This document shows positions 31,842-42,274 of a DNA stretch of 64,000 bases, piece by piece. The stretch covers positions 1 to 64,000 of the forward strand of contig CAWFGE010000011.1 of assembly GCA_963815195.1 (NCBI GenBank). Direction: 5' to 3'. The notes under the pieces are model-generated. The model had not been told where the DNA came from. It saw only the letters and a list, made by a program, of their open reading frames with translations, and searched no databases. The DNA is from an uncultured Planctomycetaceae bacterium. Lineage in GTDB: Bacteria; Planctomycetota; Planctomycetia; Planctomycetales; Planctomycetaceae. Made by a program: the position numbers and the translations under genes. How positions within the stretch are numbered: the first letter of the stretch is position 1; every line of letters starts with the position of its first letter.

Positions 31842-32518
31842 ATGCCCCACGACGCTTGTGCTCGACGATGACATGGAAATTCCGATGGATATAGAGATCC
31901 TGGCCGACTTTCGGCAATGGGCGTTATCGGAAGAGTTCCCCGAACGCGGGCGAATCGATACTTCAATGGCCAGATAGAAGTGGCCATGGTCGCCGCGGAA
32001 AATCTTTCGCCACGGTGCGGTGATAGCCGAAATGGTGCGCGGCATCGGAAACTTTTGCAAGGCCGGAATTTGGGACAGGTGTTGATGAGTCGATGCCGTT
32101 ATTCCAGTCCCGATGCGGGTCTCTCTGTGGAACCGGACGTATTCTATTTTTCCTATGAACGTATTGAATCCAAGCGGGCACGGATGGTTCCCGATCCCAG
32201 CGGCAAACCAGGGAGTCCGTGTCGAAATCGAAGGAGCGGCCGATTTGATCGTGGAGATCATTGATGTTGCGACGAAACCAAAGACACCGAGCGGTTGCCG
32301 CTGGCTTATTTTCAAGCAGGTGTTAAAGAACTTTGGTTGGTCGATGCCCGCGGGGAGGAATTGACATTCCAGATTCATCATGGCGGGGAGAACGGATTCC
32401 AGCCGGCCGGGGTGGACGACGAGGGATTCCAACGATCGAGAGTCTTCAAGCGGCGGTACTGTTTGGAACGGGAGACGCACTCCGCGGTCATTGGACATTC
32501 GATTTGAAAGTGGATTGA
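31842..32518 (+). CDS. Uma2/DUF820 family endonuclease (multiple frameshifts)
   Basis: FRQWALSEEFPERGRI, SVEPD, EGAADLIVEI, YFQAGVKELWLVDARG. Confidence 0.8.
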
Positions 32519-32634
32519 CAAGGTAAAAGGGGGCAATGGATTGCGAAAAATCAAACCGATGCCAAAGTGAGGTCTTGTGTGCATATTGACCTCATGTCTA
32601 TTGTTTTGTCCTGTTAAGTATATTGGGGCAAGTC

Positions 32635-33597
32635 ATGATTAGTATATGTTATACTAAGCGTAGCTCTTTGCTAGTATTGACAGGTATTGTAGGTCTTTTA
32701 CTCCTATATCTTGCTTTGTGTGCAGTTTCAAGCGATTCGGAGATGCCAAAAAAGTCAGATAGACAGAAGGAAACAATCGCTAAGCATTGGAAAAATGAAG
32801 ACCTACTAAAGCGATTAAATAGGGAGTTAACCCAGGCGATTTCGAGGAGTAAACTAGATTGGCCTGAAGTGGTTTCCGTCAACGGATTCTGGGGTAGCGC
32901 AGTATTTCGGGAAATGTATAGAGAGTCTACGCCGAGTGAATTGGAATGGCTTGCAGAGAATTTACCTTCCTACCCGGCGAAACTTGCCCCATTCGTGATT
33001 GCGGCCGAAAAGCAAAAGCGAATTGCCGCCGAGCGTAGCGGTGCGGTTGGTTGCATCATCCGATCCTCTTCCCACAATGCTAGTCTCCCCAGTGCTGATA
33101 TATCTACAATCGTTGAAACCGGATGAAATCCAATATCCGCAGCTTAAACTTGATGACATATCGTCGAAATATAACGGGCATAAAACTGCGATGGCGGTGT
33201 TGGTCGGCGTGATTAACTACAAAATAATGAGCGAGTGGTTTCATGATAAAAGAACCGATGTGTTCTAGCACCTTGTACTTATTCGTTCTATCAGAATTGT
33301 ATGCGAGGATGCCAAGCGATAATGAGCCTTCGGAAAGGATGCGCGACGCACTATTGACATGTGCGAAGAAATCAAGTCAGGGAAGGCTGGTATATGTGTA
33401 CCATGCTTCAGAGTCAGAACCAATCTACCGTGACACCCTCCGTGCGGTTCTTGAGGATAAACAGATTTCTGACGCTGAATTGGAAGGAGTACTCGTTGCA
33501 AAAGAGTCTACATCAAGGAACACGTCAATTTGGAGAAACTGTCTCTGCCACTCGCGCGCATAGAGCATATACGACAACTGTTGGAGCAAGTAGATGA
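32635..33597 (+). CDS. AT-rich hypothetical protein with N-terminal TM (probably one gene split by frameshifts)
   Basis: Overlapping consecutive ORFs 32623-33126, 32999-33268 and 33243-33563 in a visibly low-GC block. Confidence 0.5.
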
Positions 33598-33789
33598 TCG
33601 ATAAGGTAACGGGCTGGCCTGCTGTTATCTGTTAAATCAACAACTCGTAATGCCGCGTCAGCCGTTGGGTTCCGCGCAATCACGGACGAAAAAGGGATGT
33701 TACGAGACTGTTTGACTCCGGTTTCCCAACTTCAGGTTATAATGCGGGCCGGTCGGTTTCATCATTCCATCCACCAGAAGAGGTTTCCC

Positions 33790-34242
33790 ATGAACGCAGT
33801 GCTCCTGTCGCTCGCAATTTTCGCCGTCGAACCGAAAACCGCCGATCTCGATCTCCGCGACGAGGCCGGCAAGGTACTGGTGTCGTCGGATGAGATTACC
33901 GGCTATGAATGGTCGTCGCATACGTTGATCTTGAAAAAAGGAGTCGCGGACCGCTTGAGTATTCGGCTCATCCAACAAGAGCAAAAACTGGCGATGCCAT
34001 TCACCTTGGCTTTGGATGGGAAAACCGTTTACCGGGGAGAGTTGACCACTGGCTTTTCTTCGCAATCTTTGAGCGGCATGGTGATTGTCTTAGGCGATCA
34101 ACAACCGGACAAGAACGCAAAAACCGACCGCCTTTCGCTTCAACTGGGATATCCGAGCAAGAAATTTTTCCAGGGGAAGGATCCGCGTGGCGACGACCGC
34201 GTGAAAAATGCACTGCAATCGGCAAAAAAACTGCGAAAATAG
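33790..34242 (+). CDS. Secreted hypothetical protein
   Basis: AGAGG RBS; MNAVLLSLAIFA; YEWSSH, LGYP, DPRGDDRV. Confidence 0.7.
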   Translation: MNAVLLSLAIFAVEPKTADLDLRDEAGKVLVSSDEITGYEWSSHTLILKKGVADRLSIRLIQQEQKLAMPFTLALDGKTVYRGELTTGFSSQSLSGMVIVLGDQQPDKNAKTDRLSLQLGYPSKKFFQGKDPRGDDRVKNALQSAKKLRK

Positions 34243-34284
34243 AAATCGCGCGGCGAGGCCCTCAAGAAATTAATTACAAGACCT

Positions 34285-36165
34285 ATGACAACCGAGTTTC
34301 TCCAAATCAGCCCGAAGATTACCGTATTGCCCATCATTCATGGCAGCGGGGATTTTGCGATTGAAGTCCGGCGAGTGATGCTCTCGCAGTCGTTCGATTG
34401 CCTGGCGGTGCCTTTGCCCGCTTCGTTTCAAAACGATGTGGAACGGGCGATCGCGTTTTTGCCGGGCATCTCGGCGGTGATGCAGGAAGAGGTCGAACAT
34501 TTCTCGCCGAGCGAATGGTCGCCCGATGCGGCCGACGATGACGATGAGGCCCGCAGCTTCAGTTATGTGCCGATCGATCCGTGCCAAGGCGTGATCGCGG
34601 CCTTGCGGATTGCGATTCAGGAGCGCATGCCCCGGGCGTTTATCGATTTGGAGACGGCGGATTTTCATTCCTACGAAGGCGTGTTTCCCGATCCCTACGC
34701 GCTCAAGACCACGCATGCCGACAAGTTCGCCGCCGCCGTCCTCCCCGCCATCAGTCCGGTCCCCGAAGGCCAGCCGCTAAATCGCGTCCGGCACATGACA
34801 AATCGGCTCAGGGATCTCGAGCAGAAGTACGAATCGATTCTGTTCGTGTGCTCGATTCTGGATTGGCCTTGGATCAAGGATGCGTATTTCGATCAGATCG
34901 AATCGACCGCCGAGCATGATCTTGTCGAAGCCGACGTCCCTCTATCGCCGCGGACCCGGCTTCGTTGATGTTCCTCTTGGGCGAGATGCCTTATATCACC
35001 GGGCTTTACGAACGCGCCCGGCAGGAACTCGACGACGATGAGAACCTCTCCATCGACGGCATCAAGGAGCTATTGCTCGCCACGCGGGACCGCTATCAAA
35101 CCGATCTCAAATCGCGGGCCCGCAAGATCACGCCCAAGTTGCTCCGCGTGTATTTCAACTATGTGCGGAACCTGGCGCTTGTCGAACGCCGGATGACGCC
35201 GGACCTGTATACCCTCGTCATCGCCGCCCAGCAAATTGCGGGCGATCAATTTGCGATCTTTCTGACGGAAACCGCCCACAGCTATCCCTACACCGACTTG
35301 ATGCCGTTCCCCGTGTTCAAAATGGGTTTAGGCAAAGGCCGATTGCCGGACGGGGACGTGGTGAAACTGAAAAGCCGCCTGCCCGGCCAATCCCGGCAAT
35401 GGCGCAGCCTGCCAGCTCACGCCGCTGCCGCCCAAACCGCAGCAGCAGGAATGGAGCCACAGTTGGAACCCGTTCGGCCAGTGCAGTTGGCCGCCGGAGG
35501 ATTCTTCGATCGAGAAGTTCCGCACGCACGTCAAAGATGTGGCGATGGCGCTGTTGGGGAACGACCTCGCGCGCACGGAGAAGTTCACGACCAGCCTCAA
35601 AGACGGCTTGGACATCCGCGAGACCTTGCGGAACTGGCACACGGGGGATCTGTTCGTCAAGATTTTCCCGCCCGCCAAGGGGAGCCTCGACTGCGTGGTG
35701 ATGCTCTTCGATTCGCCGGCCGACCCGCGGGATTATCCTTGGCGGATCACCTGGCACGCGGAGCATCACGATGAATCGACGTTGGCGCTCTTCGCGTCGG
35801 ACTTCCGCCAGCAAATGGTCGGGCCGGGGATTGCGCTTTCGACCTACGGCGGCGGGATGTTTCTGTTTCCGCCGCGGCCGATTCCCGACGTCTGGCAGGA
35901 TCCGCGGTTCGACTTCACCGACACGCTGGAAGAACGTCTGATCGCCGCCGCCTGCTATCACAGCCGGGAAAAACACGTCGCGCTCTTGAGCGAAGGCGCC
36001 CCGGGCCTCGGTTGGCGCGGGCTCGCGAAACGCTTCGGCGTAAAGCTCGTCCACGTCCCCATCAGCCGCTTCAGCCAGGCCACGATCCAGCAACTGCGAA
36101 TGTTCCACGTCTTAAACGGCCAACACATCCGCAGCTACGCGGCCCATTTTATACGGAAAGCGTAA
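34285..36165 (+). CDS. Conserved ~620-aa hypothetical protein (TraB/DUF5682-like N-terminus; frameshifts near 34950 and 35410)
   Basis: VLPIIHG...DCLAVPLP, FIDL, PDPYAL, LLGEMPY, CSWPPED, LKDGLDIRETLRNWH across three ORFs. Confidence 0.75.
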
Positions 36166-36197
36166 GGGTTATCACGCGGGAAAAAGCGTGACAACCC
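36166..36197 (+). terminator. Hairpin immediately after stop codon, possible terminator
   Basis: GGGTTATCACGC-N8-GCGTGACAACCC; no clear U tract. Confidence 0.4.
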
Positions 36198-36373
36198 AGG
36201 TTCTCGACTGGAGACGATGCGATTGAAAATAACGCCCTCTTGATCCTGAATGATGCCGAGCAATTCATCACCACACTGGAGAATCACGACGATTTCGGCG
36301 GCCTCGACGCCTTCGGCCAGTCATATTTGCAGGGCTTTCGTAAAGCAAGAGAACGGCTAACAGGAGCTTCCGG

Positions 36374-36778
36374 TTGAACCGCGCCGAGTTACTGGTAAAT
36401 GAACAAATCGACGCGGGCGAAGAATTTATCCGCGACTTCAATGACTGTTTTTCGATTGCCGCGGCTTTTTGGATCCATCCCGCGGATTCAGAAGATTGGT
36501 TCTTGTACATTGCGTCCACGGAAATCGATGATGCCAATATTCGCGCTGCCTACGGCGAGGTGCTTCGGCGTCTCGGCGGCAAACAGAACCCATGGCTTGA
36601 TGCTTTCCGAGTCAAACTTCTGAATGCTTCGGACCCGCTGGCCGCTAAAGTCGTCGAGATTCGAAATCGCGATCCACTGAAAGTCCCTGCACGCTACAAC
36701 GGGTCATCCATCGCTGGTTTGCCAATCGACGGCGCATACATTTACCCGCCGGTCGCGGCTGGCAGTTCCGCACCGTAA
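36374..36778 (+). CDS. Hypothetical protein, probable antitoxin-type partner of HEPN proteins
   Basis: AGGAG RBS; LVNEQIDAG, AAFW...WFLYIAS, AAYG, IDGAYIY. Confidence 0.65.
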   Translation: MNRAELLVNEQIDAGEEFIRDFNDCFSIAAAFWIHPADSEDWFLYIASTEIDDANIRAAYGEVLRRLGGKQNPWLDAFRVKLLNASDPLAAKVVEIRNRDPLKVPARYNGSSIAGLPIDGAYIYPPVAAGSSAP

Positions 36779-36781
36779 AGG

Positions 36782-38332
36782 CTACTGCCCGCGCGGTTTG
36801 CGCCAATGCCGGCCGGTTTTTGTGAGGAGGCGTTCCGAGGCTGCGGGGCCCCAACTGCCGGCGGGGTAAGGTTCGGGCTCGAACTCCGGCTGCTCCCAAT
36901 GTTCGAGCACCGGCGTGACGAACCGCCAGGCCGTTTCCAGTTCGTCGCTTCGCGTGAACAGCGTCGAATCGCCCCGCAGTGCTTCGAGCAGCAGGCGTTC
37001 GTAGGCTTCGGGCAGGCAGCTTTGAAAGGCGGATTCGTACGCGAAATCCATCGTCACCGGCTGGATTTGATACTGCATGCCGGGGCGTTTTGTGGAGAAC
37101 TGCAGCGAGATCGCTTCCTTGGGCTGGATGCGAAAGATCAGCGTGTTGGGCCGGGCCTGGACGAGATCGCAAATGTCCCCTTCGCATTCGACCGTCGTAA
37201 ACAGATGCTTGGGCGGCTCCTTGAACTGCACCGCGATCTCGGTGACCCGCAGGGGCAGGCGTTTGCCCGTCCGCAGATAAAACGGCACCCCGGCCCAACG
37301 CCAGTTCTCGATGCGGACATCCATCGCCACGAACGTTTCCCGGCGGGAATCGGCCGCCACGCGGTCTTCCTGGCGGTATCCCGCGACCGGTTCGCCGTTC
37401 ATCACGGCTTCGGTGTATTGGCCGGCGACGGCCCAATCGCTGAGCTTCGCCGCTCCGGGGGCCAGGGCTTCGAGGACTTTCATTTTCTCATCGCGGATGG
37501 ACTGCCCGCGAAACAGGGCCGGGGGCTCCATCGCCATCAGGCACAAGAGTTGAAGCACGTGGTTCTGCAGCACATCGCGGAGGGCCCCGGATTTGTCGTA
37601 GTAGTTGCCGCGGCCGTGCTCGATGCCCTGCGACTCGGCCACGCTGATTTGGACGTGGTCGACGTGGTTGCGGTTTAGGAGCGGCTCGAAGATCGCATTG
37701 CCGAAGCGGAACAGCAAGATGTTCTGCACCGTCTCTTTGCCCAGGTAATGATCGATGCGGTAGATTTGGCTTTCGTCGAGCAGTTGGCCCAAGTCGTGGG
37801 CGAGTTGTTGAGCCGACGCCAAGTCCCGCCCGAAGGGCTTTTCGATGACCACGCGCAGCCAGCGGTCGGCTTCGGGGTGCGGGATCATCTCCGCATGTGC
37901 AAGGCCCTGCACGGTGGGCAGAAACAGCGTCGGAGCCGTCGCCAGGTACGCCAATCGGCAGCGGCCCGGATTGCGGGCGGCTTCGATTTCCTCCACCTGG
38001 TGGCGGAGTTTCACATAGTCCTCCGGATTCGTGAGATCCGCCTCGCGGTAGAACAGCCGCTCGGCGAAGCGGCTCCACTCCTCCGGCGAGACGGGGCCGC
38101 AGTGCGGGGACGATTGCACGGCCTCGCGCATTTCCTCGCGGAAGCCGTCGTCGGTTTTGTCCCGCCGGGCCACGCCCACGACGGGCGATTGATCGGAGAG
38201 AAACCCATTTTTCCAAAGAGCATAAAGGGCGGGCATCAGCTTTCGCGCGGTCAAATCCCCGGAGGCCCCGAAGATCAAAATCGTGGCGAGTTCCTTCGCC
38301 GAAGAATCCTCTACAACAGAAATGCTCGCCAC
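36782..38332 (-). CDS. zwf: Glucose-6-phosphate 1-dehydrogenase
   Basis: GASGDL, EKPFG, YRIDHYLGKETVQN, QNH, GVPFYLRTGK, EAYERL. Confidence 0.97.
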   Translation of the reverse strand: MASISVVEDSSAKELATILIFGASGDLTARKLMPALYALWKNGFLSDQSPVVGVARRDKTDDGFREEMREAVQSSPHCGPVSPEEWSRFAERLFYREADLTNPEDYVKLRHQVEEIEAARNPGRCRLAYLATAPTLFLPTVQGLAHAEMIPHPEADRWLRVVIEKPFGRDLASAQQLAHDLGQLLDESQIYRIDHYLGKETVQNILLFRFGNAIFEPLLNRNHVDHVQISVAESQGIEHGRGNYYDKSGALRDVLQNHVLQLLCLMAMEPPALFRGQSIRDEKMKVLEALAPGAAKLSDWAVAGQYTEAVMNGEPVAGYRQEDRVAADSRRETFVAMDVRIENWRWAGVPFYLRTGKRLPLRVTEIAVQFKEPPKHLFTTVECEGDICDLVQARPNTLIFRIQPKEAISLQFSTKRPGMQYQIQPVTMDFAYESAFQSCLPEAYERLLLEALRGDSTLFTRSDELETAWRFVTPVLEHWEQPEFEPEPYPAGSWGPAASERLLTKTGRHWRKPRGQ

Positions 38333-38484
38333 GAGAGTTTGTCCTTAGTCCGTTGTCCGTCGCCAAGGAAATAACTTAAACTTTTGAACCACTCAACATA
38401 ACCAGGGGGCTTACGCGGGCACCGACCGCAGGTTGGTCTGCTCGCCTTTTAGTCCCCATGTTGAAGTTGTTTTCTTGATGTTCG

Positions 38485-39324
38485 CTAAGCAGACGGCGCG
38501 ATCCGCCCCGTCTCCGGACTCGACGCGGTGGCGTAGAGTTTTTTCGGGATCCGCCCGGCCCCCGCGGCGAGCCGGCCCGACTGGCAGGCAAGCTTCATCG
38601 CCTCGGCCATGCGGCGGGGATCTTTCGCCCCGGCGATGCCCGTGTTGAGCAGCACGCCGTCGCAGCCCAGTTCCATCGCAATCGCCACATCGCTCGCCGT
38701 CCCGACGCCGGCGTCGACAATCACCGGATAATTCGGATCATCCTCTTTGAGGTATTCCAGGCAGATGCGGATGTTGTTCGGATTCAAAATCCCCTGCCCG
38801 CTGCCGATGGGACTGCCCGCCGGCATCACCGAAGTCGCCCCGGCCTGTTTCAATCGGCGGGCGGTGATCGGATCGTCGGTCGTGTAGCACAGGACCTGAA
38901 AACCCTCGGCCACGAGTTGCTCCGTCGCGGCGAGCGTGGCGATAGGATCGGGGAGCAGCGTTTTCGTATCGCCCAGCACTTCCAGCTTGACCCAATCGGC
39001 TCCGGGGTTCTCCAATCCCGAGAGAATCTCCCGCCCCAACCGGGCCACGCGGACGGCGTCCTCGGCGGAAAAACACCCCGCGGTGTTCGGCAGGATCGTG
39101 TACCGGGACAGATCGATGAAATCCAAGATGCTCCGGCCCTCGGCATCGATCAACCGCTCCCGCCGGACCGCGACCGTGATCACCTCCGCCCCGCTGATTT
39201 CCAGGCAGTCCCGCATCAGTTCATAGGTGGCGTATTTCCCCGTCCCCACGATCAGCCGCGATAGAAACGCATGCGTGCCCAGTTGAAGCCGACGCGGTTC
39301 GGCGGGAGAAAGATCGGTCGTCAT
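38485..39324 (-). CDS. thiG: Thiazole synthase
   Basis: [44 protein letters not shown]. Confidence 0.97.
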   Translation of the reverse strand: MTTDLSPAEPRRLQLGTHAFLSRLIVGTGKYATYELMRDCLEISGAEVITVAVRRERLIDAEGRSILDFIDLSRYTILPNTAGCFSAEDAVRVARLGREILSGLENPGADWVKLEVLGDTKTLLPDPIATLAATEQLVAEGFQVLCYTTDDPITARRLKQAGATSVMPAGSPIGSGQGILNPNNIRICLEYLKEDDPNYPVIVDAGVGTASDVAIAMELGCDGVLLNTGIAGAKDPRRMAEAMKLACQSGRLAAGAGRIPKKLYATASSPETGRIAPSA

Positions 39325-39374
39325 ATCGATGCAAACTTAGAGAGAAGACTTAAGGGGACGCTTCGGCCGAGGAT

Positions 39375-39590
39375 TTATCCGCCGCCCACGAGCGTGACGA
39401 TTTCGATTTGATCGCCCGCCTCGAGCCGGCATTGGGCGTGCGTTGTCCGCGGCACGAGTTCGCCGTTTCGCTCCACGGCGACGAATTTGGGCTCGAGCTT
39501 CAGGTATTCGATCAGCCAGGCGACGCTGGCGTCCGCCGGCACTTTTTGCGGCTCGCCGTTGACCTGAATTTCTTGGTAGCGGATTTCCAT
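39375..39590 (-). CDS. thiS: Sulfur carrier protein ThiS
   Basis: IQVNGE...AVERNGE...EIVTLVGGG; upstream of thiG. Confidence 0.93.
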   Translation of the reverse strand: MEIRYQEIQVNGEPQKVPADASVAWLIEYLKLEPKFVAVERNGELVPRTTHAQCRLEAGDQIEIVTLVGGG

Positions 39591-39637
39591 CGGTCGATTC
39601 AAACGTTTGTTGTGAAGGGAACAACCAGCCTTTCGCG

Positions 39638-39666
39638 AGTTTAGGATGGGGCCCGGAGACCGTCAA
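39638..39666 (-). promoter_or_regulatory. Putative sigma-70 promoter of thiSG
   Basis: Minus strand TTGACG-N17-TAAACT. Confidence 0.5.
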
Positions 39667-39710
39667 GGACTGATGGATTTCGACGGCCGTCCGCGATGAA
39701 AGCGCACCGC

Positions 39711-41141
39711 CTATTCTCGCTCGGGCGACTCCGAGAGATGCTTGATGTGATTGAGCACCCGCTCGTGGATGCGGTGGATGCTCGTGTCGGACCAGAGCGT
39801 CCAGTAGGCTTGCGGGAACATTTCGAAGGTGTACCAGGTTCGGCCTTCGAGCCGGGTTCGGTTTCCGGGAAGCGGAATGAGGCGGAACTCGCCCCGCCGG
39901 CTTTGTAAGGCCTGATGCTCGAGGTGCGGAGGATGGACGTGGCGATAGGGGCTGAGTTCCCGCATCGGGTCGGGCTGTTTTGTGACATCGAACGCCAGCC
40001 GCCGGGGCTCGTCCCAGACGGTGATTGGCTCGACGAACGCCCCGGTCGTGAATTCGCAGTAGCGGACGGCCCCCACGCCTTGCCCTTCGATCCGCGCCCG
40101 CATCGGGCAGGCGATTCCCGTGCGAAAGAACCACTCCTCCGGATCGGGCATGTCGGAAAACTCGACGACGTTTCGCCAGACCGTTTCCGGCGGGGCGTCG
40201 ATCTCGACGCGGCTCACGACGACATATTCCGGGGCCGGGTGATACAGAGCCTCGGCCCCCGCCAGGAACGGCAGCGCCAACAGCACGGACCACGTCTGCC
40301 GCAGGCTGGTTCCCGTCGAGTCGGCGATGGCCTTTCCCAACGCCGCCCCGATTAGCCCAAGCGGAAACACCAACGGCACCGCCATCAACAGGCAAATCAG
40401 GCCTTCCAACGCGAACAGCAGCAAGGTTCCACCGGCGGCCAGCATCAGCAGCATGCCAACGCCCAGCGTTCCGCTCCAGCTTTGCGGATGCGGGCGGTTG
40501 TAGAAGAAACCCGCACAGGCTCCCATCAACAGCGGCGTCCCGAAAAACAACGTCGCCCCGTAAAGCTGGAAGGCATAAACGCTGATCCCCAGCATCACGA
40601 GCCCGACAAATAACCCGGCACCGACGGCAAGCAAGGCGTGCCGATATTCATGCCGAGGTTCGTGCCGGTCGCTCTCCCGGGGCGAATCGGGGTTCCAATG
40701 CCGCTCCGAATCGTTGGGAACCAGGGCCAGAACGAGCATGACGACGAGATTCACCACGGGAACCAGCACGAGCATCCCGATCCAAGGCGATCCCACCTCG
40801 GCCGAGCGGCGGACGCTCATCGAGAACGCGATCCAGGCGAAGGGCAGATTCCAAGCAAACAACGCCCAGCCGAGCCATTGGGGGGCGGGCTGCAAAATCG
40901 CCTGCCGCGAACTGAGCAGCGGGTTCAAAAAGTCCCAAGGCGTCAACACATGCTGCGTGAAATAAAAGATGACCCCCGCCTCGACGGCGTATTTGAAGAG
41001 CATCAGCCCCAACCCGCTCCAGGCATACATGCCGCGCGTGACCTCATCCCGCACGCCGAACCAGATTCGAACGAGAGAAGGCCGCGGGCGATCGTGTCGG
41101 GCAAAGTCGTTCTGCGGATAGTCCGGTGCCGAGTCGGGCAT
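39711..41141 (-). CDS. Membrane protein, DUF805-like N-terminus plus SRPBCC/polyketide-cyclase-like C-terminus
   Basis: SVRR..., many TMs, LEGLICL, IDAPPETVW, FRTGIACP, GAVRYC, IHRIHERVL. Confidence 0.8.
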   Translation of the reverse strand: MPDSAPDYPQNDFARHDRPRPSLVRIWFGVRDEVTRGMYAWSGLGLMLFKYAVEAGVIFYFTQHVLTPWDFLNPLLSSRQAILQPAPQWLGWALFAWNLPFAWIAFSMSVRRSAEVGSPWIGMLVLVPVVNLVVMLVLALVPNDSERHWNPDSPRESDRHEPRHEYRHALLAVGAGLFVGLVMLGISVYAFQLYGATLFFGTPLLMGACAGFFYNRPHPQSWSGTLGVGMLLMLAAGGTLLLFALEGLICLLMAVPLVFPLGLIGAALGKAIADSTGTSLRQTWSVLLALPFLAGAEALYHPAPEYVVVSRVEIDAPPETVWRNVVEFSDMPDPEEWFFRTGIACPMRARIEGQGVGAVRYCEFTTGAFVEPITVWDEPRRLAFDVTKQPDPMRELSPYRHVHPPHLEHQALQSRRGEFRLIPLPGNRTRLEGRTWYTFEMFPQAYWTLWSDTSIHRIHERVLNHIKHLSESPERE

Positions 41142-41282
41142 GGCGAGTTCCTTCTTGGGGAGGACAAGAGGACAAGGCGTCCGTTTGAGACGGGACCCAT
41201 ACCATACCCACCGCAGCGGCGGGGCTCAATTAACGAAGGATTTTGGCCTTCGCTGCGAAGTTGTCGGCGTTGAGGTTTGCTG

Positions 41283-41434
41283 TCACGGCGGATCTGCCGA
41301 CCCGCTCAGACCCAACCAGAGTTTTACGGCCGTTTCGACTTCGGACATTTGGCTTTCCGGCAGCGTTCCAAGTCGGCGAATGAGTTTTGGAGGGTGTCGA
41401 ACGTTTCGAGCCATTGGATTGCCGTTTCTGTCAT
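41283..41434 (-). pseudogene. Collapsed toxin-antitoxin locus: antitoxin-like N-terminus joined out of frame to a PemK/MazF C-terminus
   Basis: AAAGGA RBS, MTETAIQWLETFDTL, then in another frame PKLIRRLGTLPESQMSEVETAVKLWLGL. Confidence 0.6.
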
Positions 41435-41548
41435 AGGTGGTCGTCCTTTCTTTGAAATCGCACTTTTTTTGCGGCCATACGGAAATTCTAATCTCCAATC
41501 CGACGAACGGAAATAATTTCCCCAAAAACGGGCCCATGCCATTGACGC

Positions 41549-42073
41549 TCACCCTTCCAAATCGGCCGGTTCCATGACGGCGATGTAGGGCAGGTGGCGG
41601 TAGTGGTCGTTGTAATCGAGGCCGTAGCCCACGACAAACTCGTCCGGGATTTCAAAGCCCACGTAATCGGGTTTCAAGGGGACTTTGGTGCGGGCGGTCT
41701 TCCAGAGCAGGACGCAGGTCCGCACGCTCGCGGCGTCGCTGTTCTGGATTTCGCGATAGAGCGTTTGCAACGTGTTCCCCGTGTCGAGAATGTCATCCAC
41801 CAACAGCACGTGCCGGCCTGACAGATCCGGGACCAGATCGGTGTTCCACGAGAACTTTCCCGGCGAGGTGGCGGGGCCGCGGTAGCTCGACGCCTGGATC
41901 AAACCCACCTTGAGCGGCAAATCCATCCGCCGGATCAAATCGGCCAAGAACACCAGGCTCCCCGTCAACACGCCCAGGACCGTGATCGGTTGCCCGCGGT
42001 AGTCGCGGGCGATCTCCGCTCCCAGCACATCGACCCGCGCTTGAATTTCCGTCTCGCTCAATAAAGGCTTCAT
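41549..42073 (-). CDS. hpt: Hypoxanthine phosphoribosyltransferase
   Basis: GVLTGS, ASSY, VLLVDDILDTGNTL, FVVGYGLDY. Confidence 0.96.
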   Translation of the reverse strand: MKPLLSETEIQARVDVLGAEIARDYRGQPITVLGVLTGSLVFLADLIRRMDLPLKVGLIQASSYRGPATSPGKFSWNTDLVPDLSGRHVLLVDDILDTGNTLQTLYREIQNSDAASVRTCVLLWKTARTKVPLKPDYVGFEIPDEFVVGYGLDYNDHYRHLPYIAVMEPADLEG

Positions 42074-42274
42074 GCAAGGGAACTCCGAAAACAGTGGCCG
42101 GTTTGCGATTCAAACTTTAAGGTAAGGGGGGTCTCTTTTCAAAATAGGTTCCTTGAAATCATGCCGGGTTTGAGGCGAGTTCACAATTCATGGAGAAGCC
42201 CGGAATTGACGGGCCGGGCGGCAGGGTCCACAATGGGGTTTCGACAATCCGTGAACTTTCCGTTGGGATCTCGT

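Noticed and set aside
39590..39710. Possible TPP riboswitch upstream of thiSG
   Set aside because: No CTGAGA / CCTGA...GGGA core motifs seen; only a promoter-like sequence.
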